Shown in pieces: positions 51,966 through 62,209 of a stretch of DNA of 64,000 nucleotides. This DNA comes from an uncultured bacterium (lineage in GTDB: Bacteria; Bacteroidota; Ignavibacteria; Kapaibacteriales; UBA2268): assembly GCA_942490685.1 (NCBI GenBank), contig CALNXW010000016.1, positions 1,301,047-1,365,046 on the forward strand, written 5' to 3'. The translations under genes and the position numbers were made by a program. Position 1 is the stretch's first letter; the number at the start of each line of letters is the position of its first letter. The notes below the pieces were generated by a model. It was not told the origin of the DNA. It saw nothing but the letters and a program-made list of their open reading frames with translations, and ran no database searches.

Positions 51966-53333
51966 ATGGAAAAGTTATTCTCTTATATTGATCAAAATAA
52001 AGAACGTTATGTCAGCGAATTAGTTGAATTCCTTGAAATACCTAGTATTTCAAGTCTTTCTGAGCATAATGAAGATACACTTTCTTGTGCTAACTGGGTT
52101 GTTGATCATATCAAATCCATCGGGATTGAAAATGCTCAACTAGTTACTACTCCCGGACACCCTATTGTCTATGCAGAATGGTTAGAAGCAGGTGAAAATG
52201 CTCCAACTATACTTATATATGGTCATTATGACGTTCAACCTGTAGATCCTATTGAATTATGGACTACAAAACCTTTTGAACCAACAATCAGAGACGGCAA
52301 AATTTATGCTCGCGGAGCGTCTGATGATAAAGGTCAGGTACTTGTTCACTTAAAAGCTATAGAAGCTCTTTTTAAAACATACGGTAAGCTTCCTGTTAAT
52401 ATCAAATTGATGATTGAAGGTGAAGAAGAAGCCGGTTCCAGCAATCTTGAAACATTTATTGAAAACAACAAAGAAATGCTAAAATGTGATACTGTTCTAG
52501 TATCAGATACTGAATGGTTCGCAGACGGACTCCCTTCCATTTGCTATTCATTGCGTGGTATTTCTTTTGTAGAAATCAAAGTAACAGGACCAAACAGAGA
52601 TCTTCATTCAGGTACTTTTGGTGGTGCAGTAGATAATCCAATTAATGTTCTTGCATGGATGATTTCTCAACTTAAAGACAGATATGGCAGAATCACTATT
52701 CCGGGTTTTTATGATGACGTAGTTGATTTGACAATTGAAGAACGTGAAGGCTTTAAAGAACTTCCTTTTAACTTAGAAGAATATAAAAAAGATTTAGATG
52801 TTAAAGAGCTACACGGTGAAATTGGTTATACTACTTTAGAAAGAACATGGGCTCGCCCTTCTTTAGACTTAAATGGTATTAAAGGCGGTTTTATAGGTGA
52901 AGGTGCTAAGACGGTACTGCCTTCTGAAGCTTCAGCAAAAATCTCAATGAGATTAGTTGCAAATCAGACTGCTGATGATATAACTAAGAAAATTCTTGAT
53001 TATTTAGTAAAACTTGCTCCTCCTACAGTCAAAGTAGAAGTGAATGAACTTCATGGAGGTAATCCTGTACTTGTTAAACGCGATGGTAAGGCTATTTCTA
53101 CTGCAATGGAAGCACTTGAAATGGCTTTTGGTCAGAAGCCAGTGTTTATGCGAGAAGGTGGCTCTATTCCAATTGTAGAAAAATTTGAAAGCGTTTTAAA
53201 TGCTCCTACTGTGCTTATGGGACTTGGACTACCGGGAGACAATATCCACTCGCCTAATGAAAACTTTGACCTCAAAAACTACATTGGTGGTGTTGCTGCT
53301 TCAGCTGCTTTTCTTAATAATATAGCAAAATAA
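51966..53333 (+). CDS. M20-family metallopeptidase (dipeptidase/ArgE-DapE superfamily).
   Basis: IYGHYDVQP, ASDDKGQ and MIEGEEEAGS metal/catalytic motifs. 455 aa with a dimerisation insert. Confidence 0.8.
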   Translation: MEKLFSYIDQNKERYVSELVEFLEIPSISSLSEHNEDTLSCANWVVDHIKSIGIENAQLVTTPGHPIVYAEWLEAGENAPTILIYGHYDVQPVDPIELWTTKPFEPTIRDGKIYARGASDDKGQVLVHLKAIEALFKTYGKLPVNIKLMIEGEEEAGSSNLETFIENNKEMLKCDTVLVSDTEWFADGLPSICYSLRGISFVEIKVTGPNRDLHSGTFGGAVDNPINVLAWMISQLKDRYGRITIPGFYDDVVDLTIEEREGFKELPFNLEEYKKDLDVKELHGEIGYTTLERTWARPSLDLNGIKGGFIGEGAKTVLPSEASAKISMRLVANQTADDITKKILDYLVKLAPPTVKVEVNELHGGNPVLVKRDGKAISTAMEALEMAFGQKPVFMREGGSIPIVEKFESVLNAPTVLMGLGLPGDNIHSPNENFDLKNYIGGVAASAAFLNNIAK

Positions 53334-53356
53334 GCTTAAAAACATATTGTTTTCTA

Positions 53357-53385
53357 AATAGCCGATTTTTTGTCGGCTATTTTTA
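53357..53385 (+). terminator. Rho-independent terminator.
   Basis: aatagccga/tcggctat stem followed by TTTTT. Confidence 0.7.
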
Positions 53386-53463
53386 TTTTAAGTTTTATTA
53401 AAACCATTTTTTTTATATTGCATTCATTATTCGAACAAAGATTTATATTGTCTTACACATATA

Positions 53464-54708
53464 TTGAATGCTATGAGAAAAATTACTCTTTTATTTGCAC
53501 TTTTAGTTTTTGCTTTCAGCCAAAATGCAGAGGCTCAATTTTGGAATAAAATCAAGAAATCTGTAGAAAAGAAGGTTGAAGAAAAAGTAGAAGAAAAAAT
53601 TGATGAAAAGATTGATGAAACTGTAGACGAAGCTGTTGATGGTAAAGAAGAAGAAGATAGATCTTCTAATTCCACTTCAAATTCTGACGACCAAAATGAA
53701 GATAATACATCTGATTCTCAAGATAACTCCCCTAAACCAGGAGTACTAAACTGGGCGAAATACGATTTTGTACCGGGCGATATGGTGATTTTCGAAGATA
53801 ATCTAATCGACGAAGAAAATGGTGAATTCCCAACAAGATGGGATATTAAAGAAGGCAACTGTGAAATAGCAGAATTCAACGGTGAAAATGTAATTATGTT
53901 CCGTGAGTCATCAGAAATCATACCCTTTATGAAAGAAAGACAGACAGACTACTTACCTGATGAATTCACTTTAGAATTTGATTGTTTCTTTGAAGCAAAC
54001 GAATACAGTCAAAGATATTATATATATTTTAAAGACAGAAAGAATCAATGGCGACTATCCGATGATCAAATAGATCATTATGTTGTTGTAAATTTTGGCT
54101 CTATAGATTTTGAAAATCTTTCAGGAGAATATCCAAGTGTAAAACGAACAAATTTCACTCAAAAAGAAACATGGAGACACATTTCTTTGTCTTTTAATAA
54201 AGGCAATTTAAAAGTTTATATGGATGATACTCGCCTAATAAATTGTCCTAGACTTGAGGGTAATCCAACTGGTTTTACTATCGGAACTTCCCATGATGCA
54301 AATAAAGATTTTATTAAAAATGTGCGTTTTGCGAAAGGTGCAGTAAAACTATCTAAAAGAGTTGAAACTGAAGGTAAAATTATAATGCAGGGCATTAGAT
54401 TTGATGTAAATAAAGCTTCTTTAAAACCTGAATCTATGGGGCCGATAAATAATATTTTCAAAATGATGTCAAAAGACAATTCTATTAAGTTTAGCGTTGA
54501 AGGTCATACTGACTCTGATGGTGATGATGCTGCTAATCTTAAACTCTCAGAAGATAGAGCTAAAACTGTTGTTGACAAATTGATTGAATTAGGTATAGAT
54601 TCTGGCAGACTAAAATATAAAGGTCTTGGAGAAACGATGCCTATAGGAGATAATTCTTCTCCTGAAGGCAAAGCAAATAACCGTCGGGTTGAATTTGTAA
54701 AATTCTAG
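53464..54708 (+). CDS. OmpA-family protein with a Lys/Glu-rich low-complexity N-terminal region.
   Basis: Signal peptide, KEEKxEEKIDEK repeats, and a C-terminal OmpA domain SVEGHTDSDGDDAANLKLSEDRAKTV...NRRVEFVKF. Confidence 0.75.
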   Translation: MNAMRKITLLFALLVFAFSQNAEAQFWNKIKKSVEKKVEEKVEEKIDEKIDETVDEAVDGKEEEDRSSNSTSNSDDQNEDNTSDSQDNSPKPGVLNWAKYDFVPGDMVIFEDNLIDEENGEFPTRWDIKEGNCEIAEFNGENVIMFRESSEIIPFMKERQTDYLPDEFTLEFDCFFEANEYSQRYYIYFKDRKNQWRLSDDQIDHYVVVNFGSIDFENLSGEYPSVKRTNFTQKETWRHISLSFNKGNLKVYMDDTRLINCPRLEGNPTGFTIGTSHDANKDFIKNVRFAKGAVKLSKRVETEGKIIMQGIRFDVNKASLKPESMGPINNIFKMMSKDNSIKFSVEGHTDSDGDDAANLKLSEDRAKTVVDKLIELGIDSGRLKYKGLGETMPIGDNSSPEGKANNRRVEFVKF

Positions 54709-54730
54709 AAGTACTATATTTTAAATAAAA

Positions 54731-54772
54731 GCGGACTACTTATTTTCAAGTAATCCGCTTTTATTTTTTTAG
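54731..54772. terminator. Bidirectional rho-independent terminator between the OmpA gene and rubrerythrin.
   Basis: gcggactact/agtaatccgc stem, A-run upstream and ttttattttttt downstream. Confidence 0.7.
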
Positions 54773-55272
54773 AATTTTCTAAACTTATCTTTCTTTACTT
54801 TGCAAACAGGGCAAGTATCAGGTAAATCACCAACATGAGTATAACCGCAAATATCACAAGTGTGAATATCTTCAAACTCAGCGTCTTTATCAACATCTAC
54901 CATTTCTTTTGCTTTATTATAAAGCTCTGAATGAGATTTTTCTGCATCAATAGCCCATCTGATAGCCTTTAATGCAGCTTTTTCACCCTGAAGTTCAGCA
55001 ATTGCTTCATAAGCAGGATACATTTCTTCTACTTCAAAATCTTCGCCGTTGATGCCTTCTTGTAAATTCTCTTTAGTTTTGCCAATCATTCCCAATACTT
55101 TTGCATGTGCATGTGCATGTACTGTTTCAGCATAAGCAATTGCTTCAAACAAACGAGATACATTTTTATAGCCTTCTCTTTCAGCTTGTAAAGCAAAAGC
55201 TAAATATTTCATATGTGCTTTAGATTCACCACAAAAAGCTTCTTGCAAAGATTTTTCAGTCATTTTTTTCAT
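54769..55272 (-). CDS. rbr: Rubrerythrin.
   Basis: Ferritin-like diiron E..H motifs, plus the C-terminal rubredoxin-like CDICGYTHVGDLPDTCPVC. Confidence 0.9.
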   Translation of the reverse strand: MKKMTEKSLQEAFCGESKAHMKYLAFALQAEREGYKNVSRLFEAIAYAETVHAHAHAKVLGMIGKTKENLQEGINGEDFEVEEMYPAYEAIAELQGEKAALKAIRWAIDAEKSHSELYNKAKEMVDVDKDAEFEDIHTCDICGYTHVGDLPDTCPVCKVKKDKFRKF

Positions 55273-55322
55273 AGTACACCTTTGTCATTTTTAATAAACA
55301 TATTGAATAGAAGACAAAGATA

Positions 55323-56531
55323 CTAATTTTTTGCTAAAAGATTGTTTTTCTTCAGAGTAAATAATGTTATTTCAGGGGGAACTCCCAGTCGTATAGGAGG
55401 ACCTGTCATGCCCACTCCTCTGTTGACATATAAGTACTGTCCAGATTTTTTATACAGACCTGCCCAATACTTATACACCATTTTAACAGGTGTAAGCATT
55501 TTGCCAAATAGTTCTACACCTACCTGACCGCCGTGTGTGTGACCTGTTAATGTTAAATCTACAGGTAATTTCCCAAGAATAGATTTATCCCAATTAGTAG
55601 GGTCGTGAGCTAATAAAATTATTGGCTCATACTCAGGTAAATCTTTTAATGCTGATGCATAATCTCCAAACTTTTGACCGAATCCAATATTATCAATACC
55701 TGCAATATGTAGGTTGCCGTCACCAAGATTAATTGTCTTATTTTCATTGATCAAAAGCTGCATTCCGGTATCCCTAAGCTTTTGCACCAATATAGAATGA
55801 TGTTCTGTAGTCATAAAATGATCATGATTCCCTAAACATCCATATACACCATGTTTCGCTTTGATCTTCGATATTTCGTATGATATTTTATCTATCTCTG
55901 TATGACTATTATTTACAAAATCTCCTGTCAAGACAACTATATCCGGGTTTACCGCATTTATGATTTGTCTTACCTTTCTAAACGGAGCATCTGAATAATA
56001 AGACCCTGCATGAAGATCTGATATTTGAATAATACGCAGGCCTTCCATCGATGGAGGAATATTTTCTAAATGAATGTCTACATTATGTATTGTGTAATCA
56101 TACGCTGTCCTAAATACACCCCAGGCTGAAACAAAAAAAGGAATTCCGGCTACTGTCCAACTAATATCTCTTACAAATTTCCTTCTATCACTCACTTTTG
56201 TTTCTTTCTGCCTGAATATCTTTCTTTTTATAAACATAGCTATTGATTGGAAGAACATAATTGGAACTATAATAACTTTTGGAAGAGTCCAGAAACTAAT
56301 AATCATAAACAGGACAACACTCCAAGTATCTCCACCAGGACTCATTATCCTATTAATGTTGATAGCTAAAAGTGCCATAATAGTAAATACTGAAAGCATT
56401 AATGCAGATCTATGCCACCATTTATTCCAACCTTTATCTACTACGTAACTTTTCCATTTTTTGTAGAAATAAATCTCAAAAATAGAAAAGAACGCAATCA
56501 TTGCAGATATTATAAGCACAATTTTTATCAT
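55323..56531 (-). CDS. Membrane-anchored metallophosphoesterase (YkuE-like).
   Basis: N-terminal TM helices. Motifs ISDLHAG, LTGDFV, GNHD, GHTHGGQ. Confidence 0.8.
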   Translation of the reverse strand: MIKIVLIISAMIAFFSIFEIYFYKKWKSYVVDKGWNKWWHRSALMLSVFTIMALLAININRIMSPGGDTWSVVLFMIISFWTLPKVIIVPIMFFQSIAMFIKRKIFRQKETKVSDRRKFVRDISWTVAGIPFFVSAWGVFRTAYDYTIHNVDIHLENIPPSMEGLRIIQISDLHAGSYYSDAPFRKVRQIINAVNPDIVVLTGDFVNNSHTEIDKISYEISKIKAKHGVYGCLGNHDHFMTTEHHSILVQKLRDTGMQLLINENKTINLGDGNLHIAGIDNIGFGQKFGDYASALKDLPEYEPIILLAHDPTNWDKSILGKLPVDLTLTGHTHGGQVGVELFGKMLTPVKMVYKYWAGLYKKSGQYLYVNRGVGMTGPPIRLGVPPEITLFTLKKNNLLAKN

Positions 56532-56648
56532 ATAAATAACTCCTTTCGATTATTTATATCTTATACGTAATAATCATAGTTTAGTTTAGTCAAAAAAAAA
56601 GCAGCTATGCTTTAACACAACTGCTCTTAAAAATTATATATATTTTTA

Positions 56649-58682
56649 TTAGATATCTAAGTTCTGAACGTATTCTGCATTAGATTCTATAAATGCTCTT
56701 CTTGGTTCTACCTTATCACCCATCAATGTATGGAATACTCTTGTTGCTTCAGTTGCATCTTCAATAGTAACTTGAAGCAAAGTACGAGTAGCAGGATTCA
56801 TAGTAGTATCCCAAAGTTGATCAGGGTTCATTTCACCAAGACCTTTAAATCGGGAAATCTGAATACCGCCTCTTTTTGCTTTTTCCATAGCTTCAGCTTC
56901 GGAATCCGTATTTTCTTCATCTGGGTCATTTTCTATAACCTGTGCTTTAGGATTCTCTTTTTTAATGCGAGCGATTGTTTCATCTCGTTCTGCATCATTA
57001 TAAGCGTAGTATTCTTGTTTACCTTTTTTAAGCTTATACAAAGGAGGTTGTGCAATGTAAAGCTTACCTGCAGTAATTAGCTCTTTCATATAATTAAAGA
57101 ATAGAGTCAATAGTAAGGTACGAATGTGTGCACCATCGACATCGGCATCGGCCATCAATATAATTTTATTATATCTTGTCTTATTTGCATCAAACTCTTC
57201 ACCAAAACCTGCACCTAAAGCAGTAATTATTGTCTTGATCTCTTCATTTTCCAATACTTTATGCGGTCTTGCTTTTTGAACGTTCAAAACTTTACCGCGT
57301 AAAGGAAGAATAGCTTGGAAGCGTCTGTCTCTGCCTTGCTTAGCAGAACCACCCGCAGAATCACCTTCGACAAGATAGATTTCACAATCTTCAGGGTTTT
57401 TCATTGAGCAATCAGCAAGCTTACCCGGTAACGAACCTGACTCAAGTACATTTTTACGTCTTACCATTTCACGAGATCTTTTGGCTGCAATTCTTGCTTC
57501 TGCAGCTGTAACAGCTTTCTCAATAATTTTTTTAGCAACTGCCGGACTTGAATCTAAATGTTCTTTAAGTCTAACAGCAACAATACCACGTACAATACCT
57601 TCTACTTCACTATTACCAAGTTTTGTTTTAGTCTGACCTTCAAATTGAGGTTCAGCCACTTTTACAGAAACAATGGCTGTGAGGCCTTCTTTAAAGTCAT
57701 CACCTGTAAGTTGAAGATTGCCTTTTTTCTTTGAACTCAGGTTTTCAGTTACATACTGATTTAGAGTTCTTGTAAGAGAAGATCTGAAACCTGATACGTG
57801 TGTACCACCTTCTATAGTATTGATGTTATTAACATAAGAAAGCAAGTTTTCACTGTAACCGTTATTATATTGGAAACATACTTCAACTTGTGTTTCTGTC
57901 TCAGACATTCCAATATCGCTACCTTCAAAATAGATCGGAGGAACAATTACTGTAGCACTCTCATCGATATATTTTACAAAATCTTTCAGACCGCCTTTAT
58001 AGTGATATTCTTCAAAGCGATTTTCTCTTTCATCAGCGAGAGTAATTTTAACTGAAGGATTTAAGAAAGCAAGTTCTCTTAATCTTTCAGAAGCTTTTTT
58101 GAATTTAAATTCGACAGTATTAAAGATAGAATTATCAGGCCAAAATTTTGTTGTTGTTCCTGTTTCTTTAGATTCTCCGATTACTTCCACAGGTGCTTCT
58201 GGAACACCTTTATGATATATCTGTCTGTATATTTTACCATCTCTTCTTACAGTCACTTCAGCTGTACTTGAAAGAGCATTAACACAAGACACACCTACAC
58301 CGTGCAAACCACCTGATACTTTATAAGTATTCTTGTCAAATTTACCACCGGCATGCAGTGTACACATAACTACTTCCAGAGTAGATATTTTTTTCACCGG
58401 GTGAGGACCTGTAGGAATTCCTCGTCCATTGTCAGATACAGAACATGAACCATCATTGTGTAAAGTCACGATGATGTTATTACAATATCCTGCAAGTGCT
58501 TCATCTATAGAGTTATCTACAACTTCTTGAATTAAGTGGTGTAAACCTCTTTCGCTTACATCACCTATATACATGGCAGGTCGTTTACGAACAGCTTCTA
58601 ATCCCTCTAAAACCTTAATACTGGACTCACTATAGCTAGCAGCCGGTTTAGGATTTTCGCTTCCAAATTCCTGTGATTTCAT
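56649..58682 (-). CDS. gyrB: DNA gyrase subunit B.
   Basis: GHKL ATPase motifs LHHLIQEVVDNSIDEA and DNGRGIP. Toprim EGDSAGGSAK and the PLRGKVLNV block. Confidence 0.97.
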   Translation of the reverse strand: MKSQEFGSENPKPAASYSESSIKVLEGLEAVRKRPAMYIGDVSERGLHHLIQEVVDNSIDEALAGYCNNIIVTLHNDGSCSVSDNGRGIPTGPHPVKKISTLEVVMCTLHAGGKFDKNTYKVSGGLHGVGVSCVNALSSTAEVTVRRDGKIYRQIYHKGVPEAPVEVIGESKETGTTTKFWPDNSIFNTVEFKFKKASERLRELAFLNPSVKITLADERENRFEEYHYKGGLKDFVKYIDESATVIVPPIYFEGSDIGMSETETQVEVCFQYNNGYSENLLSYVNNINTIEGGTHVSGFRSSLTRTLNQYVTENLSSKKKGNLQLTGDDFKEGLTAIVSVKVAEPQFEGQTKTKLGNSEVEGIVRGIVAVRLKEHLDSSPAVAKKIIEKAVTAAEARIAAKRSREMVRRKNVLESGSLPGKLADCSMKNPEDCEIYLVEGDSAGGSAKQGRDRRFQAILPLRGKVLNVQKARPHKVLENEEIKTIITALGAGFGEEFDANKTRYNKIILMADADVDGAHIRTLLLTLFFNYMKELITAGKLYIAQPPLYKLKKGKQEYYAYNDAERDETIARIKKENPKAQVIENDPDEENTDSEAEAMEKAKRGGIQISRFKGLGEMNPDQLWDTTMNPATRTLLQVTIEDATEATRVFHTLMGDKVEPRRAFIESNAEYVQNLDI

Positions 58683-58746
58683 AGATCAGACCGTATTTTT
58701 TTAGTCAAAACAATACTTTGTATAACTTACAAAAATACGTAATTTT

Positions 58747-59049
58747 TCAACGAATTACAATTTTTTCAACCACATCTGCTTGTAATTCTTCATTGATTTT
58801 TATAATAAGCTGTTCAGATCGCATTGTAAGCTCAGTGCGCCAGGTGCTGGTAGTTGTATTAACGGTAAGTATACCCTCTTTCAATGAGAGTATTTTTGTT
58901 TCGTGAAATATTTTTTCGCCAACTATATCAAGCCACTTATTTTCCAGCTTAGCCTGAAAATATTGATCATTCCATCCTTTTCTATGCACAAGCATCTGCA
59001 AAATATCTGACAAAGAATTCGGATGAAATTTATCACCTAATTCACTCAT
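58747..59049 (-). CDS. DUF721-family protein (DciA-like).
   Basis: ~100-aa protein in the conserved recF-DUF721-gyrB context. Overlaps the recF 3' end by 4 nt. Confidence 0.6.
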   Translation of the reverse strand: MSELGDKFHPNSLSDILQMLVHRKGWNDQYFQAKLENKWLDIVGEKIFHETKILSLKEGILTVNTTTSTWRTELTMRSEQLIIKINEELQADVVEKIVIR

Positions 59050-60181
59050 CTCTCAACTCCTTTTACTTCGCCTTCATCTACTTCAAAATAGAAGCAATTA
59101 TCCGAAGGCTTCACAAATTTGTTTATATATTCTGCATTTGTTACTGTAATAAACGTTTGAGCATTATTGTGGCGTATATAGTCTAATACTTTTTGAGATC
59201 TGACTTCATCTAATTCAGAAAATATGTCATCTAATAAAATAATAGGTGTCTCTTTTTTAGAATCATGTAAAAAAAAGAACTCAGCAAACTTCAGACTTAT
59301 CAGCAGCGATTTATGCTGTCCCTGAGAAGCATACTGCTTTGATATTCCATCATTGATATAAATCTTCATATCATCTTTTTGAGGCCAAATATTGTAGTGC
59401 CACGTCGGAATTCATCTTCTAGATTATCAATGAAGTCATCTTTATATTTAGAAATTATATCATTTTTATTTAAGTCTATACCAGAAAGTCCAAACGGTGC
59501 ATATTTTAATTCTACAGATTCTTTGTTGTCTGTTATTTCATAATATACTTTCTTGAAATACTCTTCAAAATGTTTAATAAAATTATCTCGTGCTATAACT
59601 ATTTCTGCACTAGACTCTATAAACATATCAGTCAGTATTTGTAGCAAATTCATATCTACTTTATGATTTTGCTTTCTATCAGATAATATTTTATTTCTCT
59701 GTTTTAGATATTTTTTATTCTTCAAAACAGAGTCAATATATTTTCTTGATGATTGAGACAAAATTGTATTTAAAAACTGCCTCCTATCTTCCGGTGCACC
59801 AAATGTAAGTGTTTTATAATCAGGAGAAAGTATAACAACAGGCATCTCTCCTATTATATTTTTAGGCAGCTGATTATCCCCATAGCTATTTGAAAAACTT
59901 TTCTTTTGACCTTTTGGATATTGAACCTTCACAAAATACTCTACACCTAAAGAGTTTTCTGCTTCACAGCGAACAAATAGAAAATCTTTAAATTTATTTA
60001 TGAGTGCAGCATCAGGAACAGGTAGAAAAGTCTTTGACAGACTACATAAAGAAATTGCTTCTAACATTGATGTCTTCCCAACGCCATTCAGCCCGTGGAT
60101 TATATTTAATCCCGGGCTGAATTTTGCTGTAGTTTCGTTATGATTTCTAACGTTAGATAGCTTGAGAGACTTTATGTACAT
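59046..60181 (-). pseudogene. recF: DNA replication and repair protein RecF, interrupted by an apparent single-nucleotide (-1) frameshift near 59366-59390.
   Basis: N-terminal part 59366..60181 (Walker A GLNGVGKTS) and C-terminal part 59046..59369 (signature SQGQHKSLLISL, Walker B ILLDD) lie in different frames. In the alternative frame the junction reads FGPQKDDMKIY, matching the conserved RecF GPHRDD block. Confidence 0.8.
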
Positions 60182-61375
60182 CTATGATAATCTAACCGGC
60201 ATAATCAACATCAATAATTTATCTTCATCAGGTGTAGGTTTTACCAACGCAGGTTTTGTTGGCTCTGAGAAAGTAAGCATAACCTGAGAATTAGAACTTT
60301 CTACATTTTCTGTGTGATTAAGTGCATCTTCAAGATATTTGTAGTTAAAACCAAATTCTATTGATTCTCCCTGAAAATCACAAGCTATTGATTCAGAAGC
60401 GTTATTTCCGCTATCTTCATCCTCACCCATCACTTCAATCATATTATCTGTCAACTTAACTTTGATTTGTTTTGAATGGGTATTTGTAAATATTGATACC
60501 CTTCTGATTGCAGCAAGTAAATCTTTTTTATCTACAATTGCCATCAAGTTATTGTTTTGAGGAATAACTGATTCGTAAGGAGGAAATTTTTCGTCAATAA
60601 TTCTTGAAATAACGATAGTATTACCAATTTCAAAACGAACATGAGTGATTTTATCAGAAGATTCAATTAAAGAGAAGACAGCATCATCATCTATTTTTTT
60701 CAACATTTCTACAGACTTTGCAGGTATAATTACTTCAAAATCTGAATTGAATGTTTTGTTAACCGGATTAATAACAGTTTTTACTAATCTATAGCTATCT
60801 GTAGAAACAGCATTGATAGCGTCTTCTTTAAACTGAAGTAAAACACCGGTCATTGCAGGTCTAAATTCATCAGAAGAAACGGCGAAAACAGTTTTATTCG
60901 CAATAGACTGAAGGTCATGTCTTGCAATTGTAGCATAAGTGCTATTGTCAACTACATCGCCATGTTCAGGAGTTATTGTAGTTTCCTGCTTGAATAATTC
61001 AGGTAAATCTAAATATTCAGTGTGGCTAAGCCCTTTCATTTCGTAAAAACCTTTATCTGTCTTAAGGTTAATTTCAAAATTTTCAGGATCAGAGATAAAT
61101 TCAATCTCGCCTTCAGTACCAAGTGCTTTTACGATTTCGTTTATTTTTCTTGCAGGTACCAAAATATCACCATCTTCAAAGCCAATTACATCTATTTTAG
61201 TCAGAATGGTAATATCCTGATCTGTTGCAATCATTTTTAGAATATTTTCATTTAAAGAAAAATGTAAATGCTCTAACACCGGTAGAGTAGATTTAGGTGG
61301 AATAGCAGGCAGAGTTTTTTGTAAACCCTTTTGCAATTCGGTAAGTGCTACTGAAAATTTCATATTTTTATCCAT
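60182..61375 (-). CDS. dnaN: DNA polymerase III beta sliding clamp.
   Basis: MKFSVALTELQKGLQK start, three-domain ~397-aa clamp. Stop abuts the recF start. Confidence 0.9.
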   Translation of the reverse strand: MDKNMKFSVALTELQKGLQKTLPAIPPKSTLPVLEHLHFSLNENILKMIATDQDITILTKIDVIGFEDGDILVPARKINEIVKALGTEGEIEFISDPENFEINLKTDKGFYEMKGLSHTEYLDLPELFKQETTITPEHGDVVDNSTYATIARHDLQSIANKTVFAVSSDEFRPAMTGVLLQFKEDAINAVSTDSYRLVKTVINPVNKTFNSDFEVIIPAKSVEMLKKIDDDAVFSLIESSDKITHVRFEIGNTIVISRIIDEKFPPYESVIPQNNNLMAIVDKKDLLAAIRRVSIFTNTHSKQIKVKLTDNMIEVMGEDEDSGNNASESIACDFQGESIEFGFNYKYLEDALNHTENVESSNSQVMLTFSEPTKPALVKPTPDEDKLLMLIMPVRLS

Positions 61376-61477
61376 CTATGATTGATTATACCAAACAATT
61401 TCGTAATTTACTCTTTACGCTTAACGCAATTTACAAAATAACAAGAACAATTTGAATTAATATTCATAAGTAGAACT

Positions 61478-62143
61478 ATGTTAACAAGATACGGATTAGA
61501 CAACGCAATTCCAATGCTATTAGTAGGAATTGCAATAATTGTTGCCTCATTTATTTTCACTACCGGTTGGATAGCTTATATACTAAGCATTCCTGGCTTT
61601 TTGCTAACAGCTTTTACATTGTGGTTTTTCAGAGACCCTCACAGAGAAATACCAAAAGAAGTGTTAGAAGATTCTTCTTTAGTACTCTCACCAGCTGATG
61701 GCAAAGTTGTTCAAATTATTGATGTTGATGAGAAATACTATTTGAAATCTAAGGCTAAACAAATTAGTATCTTTTTATCACCTTTAGACGTACACGTAAA
61801 TAGATCTCCTGTATCCGGGAATATTGAATATTATGATTATTTTCCGGGTAAATATTTGGTTGCCTACGCTCCCAAAGCTTCAGAAGAAAATGAACATTCC
61901 AAAGTTGGCGTCAAAACAGCTTATGGTAAAGTACTTTTTAAACAGATTGTTGGTATTTTAGCTCGCCGTATTGTCGCTGAAGTAAAAGTTGGAGAAAATA
62001 TCAAAGCAGGCGATCAATTTGGTATGATGAAATTTGGTTCCAGAATGGACATTATAGTGGATTCTGATACTGAATTTTTAGTAGAAGTTGGGCAAAGAGT
62101 AATTGGTGGTAAGACCATAATTGCAAAACTTCCTTCAAAGTGA
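61478..62143 (+). CDS. psd: Phosphatidylserine decarboxylase proenzyme (short type).
   Basis: LSPLDVHVNRSPVSG and MKFGSRMD (G-S self-cleavage site region). 221 aa. Confidence 0.85.
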   Translation: MLTRYGLDNAIPMLLVGIAIIVASFIFTTGWIAYILSIPGFLLTAFTLWFFRDPHREIPKEVLEDSSLVLSPADGKVVQIIDVDEKYYLKSKAKQISIFLSPLDVHVNRSPVSGNIEYYDYFPGKYLVAYAPKASEENEHSKVGVKTAYGKVLFKQIVGILARRIVAEVKVGENIKAGDQFGMMKFGSRMDIIVDSDTEFLVEVGQRVIGGKTIIAKLPSK

Positions 62144-62209
62144 TTTTTGATTTATCGAACGGAATGATTAAATTCCAACAAACTAAAAAAACAACACAAA
62201 GATTATTAC

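Noticed and set aside
56589-56640. Terminator downstream of gyrB.
   Set aside because: Only a weak gcag/ctgc stem precedes the T-run on the minus strand. Too weak to call as a feature.
61376-61477. Chromosomal origin (oriC) upstream of dnaN.
   Set aside because: No dnaA gene, and no DnaA-box-like TTATCCACA or TGTGGATAA sequences in the spacer by eye. A genome-wide skew analysis would be needed.
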